Under the pieces are notes generated by a model. That model did no database searches. It was not told the DNA's origin and worked only from the letters and a program-made list of their open reading frames with translations. A program made the position numbers and the translations under genes. Positions 37,410-46,790 of a DNA stretch of 64,000 nucleotides are shown here, piece by piece. The DNA comes from Myxococcota bacterium. GTDB taxonomy: Bacteria > Myxococcota_A > SURF-8. Every line of letters begins with the position of its first letter. Positions within the stretch are counted from its first letter, which is position 1. The DNA lies in contig CAXXQS010000001.1 of NCBI GenBank assembly GCA_963674735.2, positions 1,856,001 through 1,920,000 on the forward strand, given 5' to 3'.

Positions 37410-40400
37410 TCAAGGTCGATTTTCCTCTTCCTTAGCCGCTTCTATATCCTCATGAATGGTGTCGTCGTGCAACTCGGCCGCGCGCCGTATTAGCGCCTCG
37501 CCGGTTGTCTCCATGCCCACCCAACGCCGCGGAATGTTCACGATGTCGTCGAGAATCGCATAGCTGCAAGGAATCACGAACAAGGTCAAGAAGGTCGCGA
37601 ATGCCAACCCCCAACAGAAACAGATAGCGAGAGGCTGCCAGGTTTCGGTAGACCCACCAAGCCCAAAGGCCATGGGTGTTAGTCCTGCGATAGTGGTGAC
37701 GGTCGTCAACAGAATAGGCCGCATACGGCGCGACCCCGATTCCACAAGCGCTCGCCGCCTCGAAAGCCCCGAGGCACGTCCCTTGTTGATGAAGTCCACC
37801 AACACCAACGAATCGTTCACCACGACCCCCGAGAGCGCAACCACCGAGATGCCCGCCACCAGTGAGAACGTCAGGTTCATCAAAATCAGCCCGATCGCCA
37901 CACCTAAAATGGAGAACGGCACCGTAAACATCACAACCAGCGGTTGACTGAACGACTGGAATTGCGTGCCGAGAATCAGATAAATGAGCACCAAAGCGAC
38001 GATGAAAGCCTGAATCAGCGAAGCGAACGATTTTTGCTGTTCCTCGAATTCCCCACCGAAATCAAGATTGAATCCGGGGAAACGGGTGGAGAAATCGTCG
38101 TACTTTTCGCGCATAACACGGTTGGCCTCATCGGAGTTGATGGTTACCTTGTCGACGTCTGCAGTCACGGTAATGGCACGTTTCCCATCGCGTCGATGGA
38201 TCTGGCTGGCTCCGCGTTCCACCTTGAACTCGCCCAGTTCCGCCAACGGCACGTGGATACCAAGCGAGGTTGAGATCGTGATCCGCTTCAAGTCGTCTAG
38301 ATCATTGCGATCCGCCTCCCGATACAACACACGCACCTTGACTTCATCACCCATTTCATCGCGAAATTTGGTGGCTTCGTAGCCCTCCACCGCCGATCGC
38401 ATAGTCAGGCTGAGGTCGGTCATCGACACCCCGTAGGCCGCCATTTTTACCCGGTCGGGAATAAACTGTACCTCCCGTTTTCCGGGACGATGATCCATTT
38501 TCACATCGGTAATACCCGCCACCGACTTCATTTCTTCCATCACCATATCGGCCAGTTCTCTCAGCCTTTCCAGATTGTCCCCCCGCACCCGGATTTCAAC
38601 CGGTTCCCCAACCGGCGGGCCGCCCTCACCGCGCGTGAAATAGGCCTCCTTCAGTTCGGGAATATTGCGAATCCGCTTACGAATCCTGTTTTTCACTTCA
38701 CTGTTGGAAGGACGGCTGTCTTCATCGGCCAGTTCGAATATTACCATCCCACCTTCGGTGGTCCGCGTCCATTGCTGGTTCTCGATGACCAGACCGGTCA
38801 AAACCTGGTATGAATTCAGTTCCTGCCCCACCATATCCGCCACGCGGCTCTCGATATCCTGCATCACGCGATCGGTCTCTTCAAGCTTGGTGCCGGTGGG
38901 TAACCGCATGATTAAACGTTCGGTGGAGGTCGCTTCCTCGGGAAACATCTCGATGCGCAAAATATTGGCAGCCAGAGCAGTGAAAACCACCGTCGCCACG
39001 AAGGTACCAAACGTCACCAGGTAGCGATGATCGAGGAATTTGTTGATCTGCCAGCGGTAAAGGCGAAGCAGTTTGTCATAGAAACGATCCCCGAAACGAT
39101 CGCCCTTTTTCTTTGGAAGACGCCCAAAATCATTGAGATGCGAGGGCAACACCACCAGCGATTGGATCAACGAACCGATCAATGCCAGTGTCACCACGAT
39201 CGGCAAAACCTGCAAAAACTTGCCGACGATACCCTCCATCATCAGCAGAGGCAAAAAGGCGGCGATCGTTGTCAACACAGCCGCAATGACCGGCCACATG
39301 ACTTGCTCGGTCCCGGCCACGGCCGCCTGAACCGGCGTTTTGCCTTCCTCCATGTGCCGATACACATTTTCGATAATGATGATGGCATCATCCACAACCA
39401 TGCCCAACACGAGAATAAAGGCAAAGAGCGACAAGGTATTGATCGTGCCGCCGGTTGCATCGAGGAAAATAAAGGCGCTCAAAAAGGCGAACGGAATGCC
39501 GATCACAGCCAGAATCGCACTGCGCATGCCGATAATGAGCGTCATCAGAATCGAGACCAGCACCAGCCCGGTCAGAGCGTTGGTCGTCAGCACCGAAATG
39601 CTCTCCACCACGTCCTTCGACTGGTCGTTGCGGATCGACAGATCCACTCCCGGTACTTTTTCGCGATATTGATCGACCACTTCGCGCACCTGCTCGGCCA
39701 CGTCCACGACCGAACCTTCACGCTTCATGAACACGCGGATATAAACCGAAGACTTACCGTTTAGACGTCCAATTATCTCATCGCGCTCAAAGGTGTCCGT
39801 TACCCGGGCCAAATCGGCCACCCGGGCCGATTCGCCTCCGCGTCCGATGCGCACAATCACGCGTCCCACCTGTTCGGGTTCGTCTATCTCCCCCATCGAA
39901 CGAACCAGGAATTCCTCGCGGCCCATTTCGACGCGCCCGGAAGGTAGGTTGATGTTCGCCATCTGAATGGCAGCGGTCAACTCGGTCAAAGAGACCCCGG
40001 CGGTCTCCAGTCGGTCGCGATCGGCTTCCACCCATATTTCACGGTTTAAGATTCCGCTGATATCGATGCTGGCCACATCGGGAATATCCAGCAATTCTTC
40101 TTTCAGCGAATCGGAAATTCGCTTGAGCCCTTCGTTGGAATATTCACCGCCGAGCGCAATAGCCATAATCGGCCAGACGTCTTCGGACGCCAGTTTGAGC
40201 GTAAACATGTTGTCTTGGGCTTCTTGAGGCAGCTCGGGCTTGACCTTGTCGACCTCCGACTTCAGATCCATCACGGCCTGATCGAAGTTGTCCAGGCCCA
40301 CTTCGTACTGGATGAAAAACACGCAGCGTCCCTCGGAAGAGGCCGACTGAATGAAATCAATGTCGGGCAACGACGTGATTTCGTCTTCGATGGGCAAGGT

Positions 40401-40589
40401 GATAAGCTTTTCCACATCTTCCGGCGACGCACCGGGATAAGGCACGATGATGATAACCGAATCGAAGTCCACGGCCGGTGCATTTTCCATCGGCATACGA
40501 TGCAGCGAAAACAGCCCCGCCACCAGAATGGCGATCATCAACATATTGACCAGAACGGTCTGACGCGAGAAAAAGCGCGGTATCGACAT
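37410..40589 (-). CDS. RND-family transporter permease (AcrB-like)
   Basis: YPGASPEDVE, GMVVDDAIIIIEN, RMRPILLT; two large periplasmic loops and ~12 TM helices. Confidence 0.93.
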   Translation of the reverse strand: MSIPRFFSRQTVLVNMLMIAILVAGLFSLHRMPMENAPAVDFDSVIIIVPYPGASPEDVEKLITLPIEDEITSLPDIDFIQSASSEGRCVFFIQYEVGLDNFDQAVMDLKSEVDKVKPELPQEAQDNMFTLKLASEDVWPIMAIALGGEYSNEGLKRISDSLKEELLDIPDVASIDISGILNREIWVEADRDRLETAGVSLTELTAAIQMANINLPSGRVEMGREEFLVRSMGEIDEPEQVGRVIVRIGRGGESARVADLARVTDTFERDEIIGRLNGKSSVYIRVFMKREGSVVDVAEQVREVVDQYREKVPGVDLSIRNDQSKDVVESISVLTTNALTGLVLVSILMTLIIGMRSAILAVIGIPFAFLSAFIFLDATGGTINTLSLFAFILVLGMVVDDAIIIIENVYRHMEEGKTPVQAAVAGTEQVMWPVIAAVLTTIAAFLPLLMMEGIVGKFLQVLPIVVTLALIGSLIQSLVVLPSHLNDFGRLPKKKGDRFGDRFYDKLLRLYRWQINKFLDHRYLVTFGTFVATVVFTALAANILRIEMFPEEATSTERLIMRLPTGTKLEETDRVMQDIESRVADMVGQELNSYQVLTGLVIENQQWTRTTEGGMVIFELADEDSRPSNSEVKNRIRKRIRNIPELKEAYFTRGEGGPPVGEPVEIRVRGDNLERLRELADMVMEEMKSVAGITDVKMDHRPGKREVQFIPDRVKMAAYGVSMTDLSLTMRSAVEGYEATKFRDEMGDEVKVRVLYREADRNDLDDLKRITISTSLGIHVPLAELGEFKVERGASQIHRRDGKRAITVTADVDKVTINSDEANRVMREKYDDFSTRFPGFNLDFGGEFEEQQKSFASLIQAFIVALVLIYLILGTQFQSFSQPLVVMFTVPFSILGVAIGLILMNLTFSLVAGISVVALSGVVVNDSLVLVDFINKGRASGLSRRRALVESGSRRMRPILLTTVTTIAGLTPMAFGLGGSTETWQPLAICFCWGLAFATFLTLFVIPCSYAILDDIVNIPRRWVGMETTGEALIRRAAELHDDTIHEDIEAAKEEENRP

Positions 40590-40598
40590 GCCGTCCCC

Positions 40599-41708
40599 CT
40601 ACTCCACCACCTGGACCTTGGCGCCATCGGTGAGGTTGTTCTGTCCGGTCACCACGATCACCTCTCCGGGATCGATGCCTTTCTCGACCACGACCTCGCG
40701 TCCGGCGGTTTCTCCAAGCGCCACTTCGCGTTCGATTACGCGCTCTCCATCAAGGACATAAAGGTAGTAATGCTCGAAACGTTCGACCAAACTTTCCAAC
40801 GGCAGAAGAATCACCTGGCGTCCGGTCGGCATCATCAGGCGCACACGCGCCACCATCCCGATACGCACCTGTGACGGCGGGTCGCTTAGCACCACCTCCA
40901 CGGGATAGGTCATGGTCGGCTGCAAAGTCTTCACTCCCACGGTTGCCACTTTTCCCAGGAATGTCTTCCCGCCGATGGTCGGAATGGTAACTTGAGCTTC
41001 CATACCGGGAGCAACGATATCGATCGCATCTTCCCCGACACCGATGGCCACTTTCAGGTTTTCCAGATTGACCAGCTGAGCCACGGGCGATCCTTGAGCG
41101 ATGGTATCGCCCAACTTCACCAATTTATTGGCAATTACTCCTTTAAAGGGAGCACGAATCTTGGCTAGGCGCAGTGCGCGTGACGCCTGAGACAAGGTCG
41201 CCTCAGCGCTTTGAACCGCTGCCTGGGCGCTTTGATAGGCCATCTTGACCTGATCGAACATCGAGTCGGAGACATCCCCCAGCTCATGCAATTCCTTCAG
41301 ACGATTGTATTCCGCCTGCGCCTGCTCATACCCGGCTTTAGCCTGTGCCAATCCGGCTTTGGCCATATTGTGCTGGATCGCATACGGTTCCGCATCCACC
41401 GAGGCCAGCACATCACCCTTCGCAAATTTCTTTCCCAATTCAAGGTATTCGGCCACCACGCGTCCCGCCGTTTCGCTCAGCACAGTCACATCTCGATCGG
41501 TTGTGATACTGCCACTAACCTCGACATGGTGGTTCAAATCTTTCAATGCCACCGTTGCCACTCGGACGGGAATGACCTTTTCGGATGAAGCCGCCTCACC
41601 CGACTCGTGGTCACCATCACCCTCCACTGCCGTCTCGCTTGCCTTCTGAGAACACCCACAGATAAGAAGCAGAATTAAAAGCCATCCGACAGTCAGTCGT
41701 TTCCCCAT
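40599..41708 (-). CDS. RND efflux periplasmic adaptor (MFP), lipoprotein
   Basis: ICGC lipobox, alpha-hairpin, IRAPFKG lipoyl motif; adjacent to the permease. ATG 41708 chosen from its SD. Confidence 0.9.
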   Translation of the reverse strand: MGKRLTVGWLLILLLICGCSQKASETAVEGDGDHESGEAASSEKVIPVRVATVALKDLNHHVEVSGSITTDRDVTVLSETAGRVVAEYLELGKKFAKGDVLASVDAEPYAIQHNMAKAGLAQAKAGYEQAQAEYNRLKELHELGDVSDSMFDQVKMAYQSAQAAVQSAEATLSQASRALRLAKIRAPFKGVIANKLVKLGDTIAQGSPVAQLVNLENLKVAIGVGEDAIDIVAPGMEAQVTIPTIGGKTFLGKVATVGVKTLQPTMTYPVEVVLSDPPSQVRIGMVARVRLMMPTGRQVILLPLESLVERFEHYYLYVLDGERVIEREVALGETAGREVVVEKGIDPGEVIVVTGQNNLTDGAKVQVVE

Positions 41709-41845
41709 TTTTCTACCCTCATGTTCCAATCAGTTTGGCTCGCATGATCTAAATTAATGCAAACCCTACCGTAAACAATTTGTTTTCGCAAGATCGGGAA
41801 GACACTGAACTCCACCATACTCATTTTCCCGATTGAGGAACACCC

Positions 41846-42904
41846 TCACGAGTTGAGAATCGCTTGGATAATTTTCTTGTTGGCGCTGGGAAACGGATAA
41901 GAGTCCAAGTCCGACGGGCGCACCCATTTCAGTTCATCCGCTGCGTGTGGAATCGCTTTTCCGGGTTCAGCACGACAGGCAAAAGCCGTCAACGTGATAG
42001 AAAAGTGCGAATAGGTATGGCGCAACGTTATTATTTTCTCGCCGACAATCGCCTTTAAGCCGGTTTCCTCCATGATTTCACGCACGACGGCAACATCGAG
42101 CGTCTCGTCGGGCTTCCGTTTTCCACCGGGGAATTCCCACAAACCACCCAGCATGGATTCCTGCGGTCGCTTGGCGATAAGGATGCGACCTTTCCGGTGA
42201 ATCACGCCTACCGCGATTTCATAATGCGGAGTCGGTGCTTTGGTTGTTTTTACCGGCAATTCCTCCACCCGGTCTTCACCATTGGCAACGCAGTCTTTGC
42301 GCAGAGGACACGCCGAACAATCCGGTTTCGTCGGACGGCAGATCAACGCCCCAAGTTCCATCATCGCCTGATTGAAATCTCCAGGTGAAGTCTCCTTTAT
42401 GAACGGGCGCAAGCGATCCCGTATTTTATTGCGCACGATCGGGCGCCGGATATCGTCGGCTATCCCCCAAAAACGTGTGAAAACACGCAGCACATTGCCA
42501 TCCACCACCGGTTCGGATAGACCAAAGGCAATACTCCCCACCGCCGCCGCCGTATAAGGCCCGAAACCCGGCAGGGAACGTAGCTCGTCGAATGTCTCGG
42601 GCATTTCGCCATTCCGGTCATGAATGATCTGTCGGGCCGCTTTATGCAGATTACGGGCACGGGAGTAATAGCCCAACCCTTCCCACTGTTTGAGAACCGG
42701 CTGGAGGTCCGCCGCCGCCAGATCGTTAACCGTTGGAAATGAGGCTAGAAATCGCCGAAAGTACGGAATGACAGTGTCCACCTGGGTTTGTTGCAACATG
42801 ACTTCGCTAAGCCATATCAAATAAGGATCGCTCGTCCGTCGCCAGGGAAGATCCCGCCGGAACGACCGATACCAAGCCAGCAACCGTTTGACCCATGTTG
42901 TCAT
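41846..42904 (-). CDS. mutY: A/G-specific adenine glycosylase with C-terminal Nudix domain
   Basis: RDLPWR, SEVMLQQT, WEGLGYYSRARNL, LPGFGPYTA, VDGNV, Cx6Cx2Cx5C cluster. Confidence 0.96.
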   Translation of the reverse strand: MTTWVKRLLAWYRSFRRDLPWRRTSDPYLIWLSEVMLQQTQVDTVIPYFRRFLASFPTVNDLAAADLQPVLKQWEGLGYYSRARNLHKAARQIIHDRNGEMPETFDELRSLPGFGPYTAAAVGSIAFGLSEPVVDGNVLRVFTRFWGIADDIRRPIVRNKIRDRLRPFIKETSPGDFNQAMMELGALICRPTKPDCSACPLRKDCVANGEDRVEELPVKTTKAPTPHYEIAVGVIHRKGRILIAKRPQESMLGGLWEFPGGKRKPDETLDVAVVREIMEETGLKAIVGEKIITLRHTYSHFSITLTAFACRAEPGKAIPHAADELKWVRPSDLDSYPFPSANKKIIQAILNS

Positions 42905-42924
42905 CCGTTATCCTTTCGCGAAAC

Positions 42925-42953
42925 AGACTAGTTGCGAACGAATGGGCTGTCAA
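42925..42953 (-). promoter_or_regulatory. Putative mutY promoter
   Basis: TTGACA-17 bp-TAGTCT on the minus strand. Confidence 0.5.
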
Positions 42954-42990
42954 TGCGGGATTGAAGAATAGCGGCAATGCATCGGCAATC

Positions 42991-43019
42991 TTGACAGGCG
43001 AGCAGCGAATGAGTAGGTT
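42991..43019 (+). promoter_or_regulatory. Putative fumC promoter
   Basis: TTGACA-17 bp-TAGGTT. Confidence 0.5.
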
Positions 43020-43058
43020 GATTCACGTCGAGTCAACCTGCAACCAAGGAGACAAATC

Positions 43059-44468
43059 ATGAGCGATCAGTCGGCCCTGCGGATGGAAAGGGACACCATG
43101 GGCGAAGTGCCCATTCCGGTCAACAAGTTGTGGGGAGCCAACACCGAACGTGCGCGCGTGAATCTTCCGATCGCCGATCGTCCCATGCCCAAAGGGATGC
43201 TGCGCGCCCTGGCTCGCATCAAAGCCGCCGTCGCGCTGGCCGCCTCCGAAGCTGGCGATCTTCCACAAGAGATCACCGACGCCATCGTGGCCGCCACGAA
43301 AGAAGTCGCCGACGGCAAACACTGGGAACATTTTCCCCTCGACGTTTTCCAAACCGGCTCGGGCACCTCATCCAACATGAATGTCAATGAGGTCGTGGCA
43401 AATCTGGCCAATCTCGCGCTGGGAGGTCAAGTGGGAGACTACAAGCCGGTCCACCCCAACGATCATGTGAACTTCGGCCAGAGCTCCAACGACACCATTC
43501 CTTCGGCCCTTCATCTCGCGGCACTCGATGCGCTGGAACACGAGCTGCTCCCCAAGCTTACCGATTTGATCGAGGCTTGGGATAAAAAAGCGGTGAAATA
43601 TGAACAGGTCGTCAAAACCGGCCGCACCCATCTTCAAGATGCCCTGCCGATTACTTTCGGGCACGTTTTCCGCAGCTATTCCTGCTCCTTGTCGACCCTC
43701 AAAACAAGCCTGGAAGAAACCCTGCACCGTTTGGCGCTGATTCCACTGGGCGGGACCGCCGTCGGAACCGGCTTTCAAGCTCCGGTGGGATTACCGCAAG
43801 CCGCCTGTGTCAAGCTTTCGGAAATGCTGGGGCGTAAAATCACGGCAGCGAAAGACCCGCTGACTCTGATGGCCGGACGCCCGGTGGTTACCGACACCAT
43901 GGGACGCGTCGCCGCACTGGCAGCCGAATTACAGCGCATCGCCAACGATATCCGCATGATGGCGTCGGGACCGCGTTTGGGCTATGGTGAATTGACCATC
44001 CCGTCGCTGCAACCGGGTTCGAGCATCATGCCGGGCAAAGTCAACCCGGTCGTTTGCGAATCGATGATCCAGGTTGGGTTAGCCATCGCCGGTCATAATA
44101 CGACGGTGCAAGCAGCCGCGACCTGGGGCCAATTCGAACTGAACGTCACCCTGCCGGTCACGGCCGAAGCTCTGGTCGGTTCCATCGAAATGCTCGCCAA
44201 CGCCTGCGACGTCTTCCGCAGTAAACTCGTGGAAGATATGGAGGTACGTATCGACGACGTAGGCCGCGACTTATCGCAAAGCCTGGCGCTGGCAACGGCT
44301 CTCATCTCCAAGATCGGCTATGCCGAAGCAGCCAAAGTCGCTTACAAAGCCCATAACGACGGGGTCACGGTAGCCGAAGTCGTCGTAACGATGGGGATTC
44401 TCAAGCCGGAAGAAGTCGACCATTGGCTCGACCCCACCAAGCTGGTCAAAGCGGGCCGCTTAACCTGA
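43059..44468 (+). CDS. fumC: Class II fumarate hydratase (fumarase/aspartase family)
   Basis: FQTGSGTSSNMNVNEV, HPNDHVN, KTGRTHLQDA, GSSIMPGKVNP signature. Confidence 0.9.
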   Translation: MSDQSALRMERDTMGEVPIPVNKLWGANTERARVNLPIADRPMPKGMLRALARIKAAVALAASEAGDLPQEITDAIVAATKEVADGKHWEHFPLDVFQTGSGTSSNMNVNEVVANLANLALGGQVGDYKPVHPNDHVNFGQSSNDTIPSALHLAALDALEHELLPKLTDLIEAWDKKAVKYEQVVKTGRTHLQDALPITFGHVFRSYSCSLSTLKTSLEETLHRLALIPLGGTAVGTGFQAPVGLPQAACVKLSEMLGRKITAAKDPLTLMAGRPVVTDTMGRVAALAAELQRIANDIRMMASGPRLGYGELTIPSLQPGSSIMPGKVNPVVCESMIQVGLAIAGHNTTVQAAATWGQFELNVTLPVTAEALVGSIEMLANACDVFRSKLVEDMEVRIDDVGRDLSQSLALATALISKIGYAEAAKVAYKAHNDGVTVAEVVVTMGILKPEEVDHWLDPTKLVKAGRLT

Positions 44469-44496
44469 AGTCTCCAAACAGGTCGTCTCACTCAAT

Positions 44497-44530
44497 GCCG
44501 CGACCGCTCAAGGTCGCGGTTTTTTTCTTT
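44497..44530 (+). terminator. Rho-independent terminator after fumC
   Basis: GCCGCGACC-loop-GGTCGCGGT followed by a T-run. Confidence 0.85.
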
Positions 44531-44627
44531 GAAGTAAGTGATTGCTTGAATTCATGGGATTCTGAAATTATCGGCTAAAGTTACAGTACGCGATTCCAAA
44601 GTAACAATTCCTCCCCGAAGTTCTTTT

Positions 44628-44809
44628 GGGTGCATCACAGGATATTGCCATTTTCGAGCACCTTCAAGTCCGCTCCTCCCGAGTGTTGCCCGTCGGGCAT
44701 AGTATCGAGGGATCGGGTCTGAAAACCGCGTGGTTCGATACCATTTGCTCCGCCAATCACTCACCATGAGCGGTTTTCACGGTCAATCGCCATATCTTGT
44801 GATGCACCC
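44628..44809. mobile_element. 182-bp MITE with 18-bp TIRs and a 9-bp target-site duplication
   Basis: GGGTGCATCACAGGATAT ... ATATCTTGTGATGCACCC (1 mismatch), flanked on both sides by AGTTCTTTT (44619-44627 and 44810-44818); no coding capacity. Confidence 0.85.
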
Positions 44810-44909
44810 AGTTCTTTTTTTGCGAAAGCCGGATATTTGCGATTTAGCTCCGAGTAGGCTAATATGCTTGCGTTTTCTCACATGACAAACCCACACGATG
44901 AGGGCATCC

Positions 44910-46499
44910 ATGACCGCAACTCGGACCGCGCTGATCATCGGGGCCGGCCCCGCCGGACTCACCGCCGCCTATGAACTTCTGAAACGTAGCGACATCAAGC
45001 CAATCGTGATCGAAGCGACGGAACACATCGGCGGCATCTCGCGCACCGCCCGTTACAAGGGAAATCACATCGACTTGGGTGGCCACCGTTTTTTCTCAAA
45101 ATCCGACCGCGTCATGGACTGGTGGCTCGAACACATGCCCATGCAAGGCGCCCCCGCCATCGATGACCGTGAGCTTGGACGAGAGATCCCGCTAAGCGAC
45201 AAGTCGGATGCTCCCGACCCCGAGAAAAGCAACCTTGTCATGCTTTTTCGCAACCGGCTTTCACGAATATACTATCTGCGTAAGTTCTTCGACTATCCCG
45301 TTTCGCTGAATGTGAAAACGGTTTTGAATCTCGGTCCGCTGCGTATCGGCCGCATTGGAATGAGCTATTTGAAAGCCCGTGCGCTTCCGATCCGAAACGA
45401 AAAAAACCTGGAAGATTTTTTCATCAACCGTTTCGGACGCGAGCTGTATCTCACCTTTTTTAAAGACTACACCGAAAAAGTGTGGGGCGTCTCCTGTACC
45501 GACATCCAACCCGAATGGGGTGCGCAACGAATCAAAGGTCTTTCCATCACAAAAGCCCTGCTGCACGCCGCCAAACAGCTCGTCGCACGCGACACGGACA
45601 TCAGCCAAAAAGACGTGGAAACCAGCCTGATTGAACGCTTCCTGTATCCCAAATATGGGCCCGGCCAGATGTGGGAAACGGTCGCCGATAAAGTCCGTTC
45701 ACTCGGCGGCGATGTCCATATGAATCAAGAAGCTGTGAAACTTGACCTTTCCGACAAAAACATACAATCCGTCACCACACGCAATACCGTAACCGGAGAA
45801 ACGACCCAATACGAAGCCGATTTCGTTTTCTCCACCATGGCCGTCAAAGACCTGATTGAGTCTATCGAAGGTCAAATCCCCGACAAAGTCCGCACAATCA
45901 GCAGCGGCCTCTCCTATCGTGACTTTATGACGGTAGGCTTGCTGTTGAATCGGTTGAAAATCCGTAATGAGACCGCGATTAAAACGGTCGGCAACCTGGT
46001 TCCCGACAATTGGATTTACATCCAGGAACGTGAAGTGAAATTGGGACGCCTCCAGGTTTTCAACAATTGGAGCCCCTACCTGGTTGCCGATTCCGGCAAG
46101 GTTTGGATCGGGCTTGAGTATTTCTGTACCGAAGGAGATGAGCTATGGAGCATGGCCGACGATAAGATGAAGGCTTTTGCAATCAAGGAACTGGCCTCCA
46201 TCGACATCATCGATCCGGCGGAGGTACTCGACGGGGTGGTGATTCGCCAGAAAAAAACCTATCCGGGCTATTTCGGCAGCTACGACCAATTCGATACCGT
46301 ACGCGCCTTCACGGATAGCATCTCCAACCTGTTCCTGGTCGGCCGAAACGGCATGCACCGCTATAACAACCAAGACCACTCCATGTTGACCGCCATGACC
46401 GCCGTCGACAATATTTTGGTGGGCCAAACCGATAAAAGCAATATCTGGGATGTCAACACCGAACAGGAATACCACGAAACCAACGACGAAACCAGCTAA
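44910..46499 (+). CDS. FAD-dependent oxidoreductase (amine oxidase / protoporphyrinogen oxidase / UGM-like fold)
   Basis: [50 protein letters not shown]. Confidence 0.85.
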   Translation: MTATRTALIIGAGPAGLTAAYELLKRSDIKPIVIEATEHIGGISRTARYKGNHIDLGGHRFFSKSDRVMDWWLEHMPMQGAPAIDDRELGREIPLSDKSDAPDPEKSNLVMLFRNRLSRIYYLRKFFDYPVSLNVKTVLNLGPLRIGRIGMSYLKARALPIRNEKNLEDFFINRFGRELYLTFFKDYTEKVWGVSCTDIQPEWGAQRIKGLSITKALLHAAKQLVARDTDISQKDVETSLIERFLYPKYGPGQMWETVADKVRSLGGDVHMNQEAVKLDLSDKNIQSVTTRNTVTGETTQYEADFVFSTMAVKDLIESIEGQIPDKVRTISSGLSYRDFMTVGLLLNRLKIRNETAIKTVGNLVPDNWIYIQEREVKLGRLQVFNNWSPYLVADSGKVWIGLEYFCTEGDELWSMADDKMKAFAIKELASIDIIDPAEVLDGVVIRQKKTYPGYFGSYDQFDTVRAFTDSISNLFLVGRNGMHRYNNQDHSMLTAMTAVDNILVGQTDKSNIWDVNTEQEYHETNDETS

Positions 46500-46512
46500 G
46501 GTCCAAAGCGAT

Positions 46513-46693
46513 AGGGCGTTTCAATTCTGATTTAGTCTCGAATCATCTTCGATTGATGATGGGTGGCACGGGCTAAACCGTCAGGTTTGCCCGTGAAAAC
46601 AGCATGGGCAAGCCAAAGGCTTGGCCCATGGCACCCCGTAAGCCGAATTATATTGGGTGGAAAACGGTGAAAAGCTTAGAATTGAAACGCCCT
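46513..46693. mobile_element. 181-bp MITE-like repeat, copy 1, containing an inverted REP-like doublet
   Basis: Perfect 16-bp TIR AGGGCGTTTCAATTCT / AGAATTGAAACGCCCT; internal hairpins at 46561-46595 and 46603-46636; second copy at 52645-52825. Confidence 0.85.
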
Positions 46694-46735
46694 GCCGAAG
46701 CGACCGACTCAACCATTATCGCATACCGCCAAATG

Positions 46736-46765
46736 AAAAACGGGCCGTCACATAACGACCCGTTT
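46736..46765 (-). terminator. Intrinsic terminator after the FHA-ATPase-like gene (possibly bidirectional)
   Basis: AAACGGGTCGT-loop-ACGGCCCGTTTTT on the minus strand. Confidence 0.65.
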
Positions 46766-46790
46766 GCATTTTATCTAACAATGCTGAGTG

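Noticed and set aside
44628-44809. Possible 6S RNA (about 180 nt, rod-like fold)
   Set aside because: Exact 9-bp flanking duplication and clean TIRs fit a transposed MITE better; no 6S consensus recognised. An Rfam scan would settle it.
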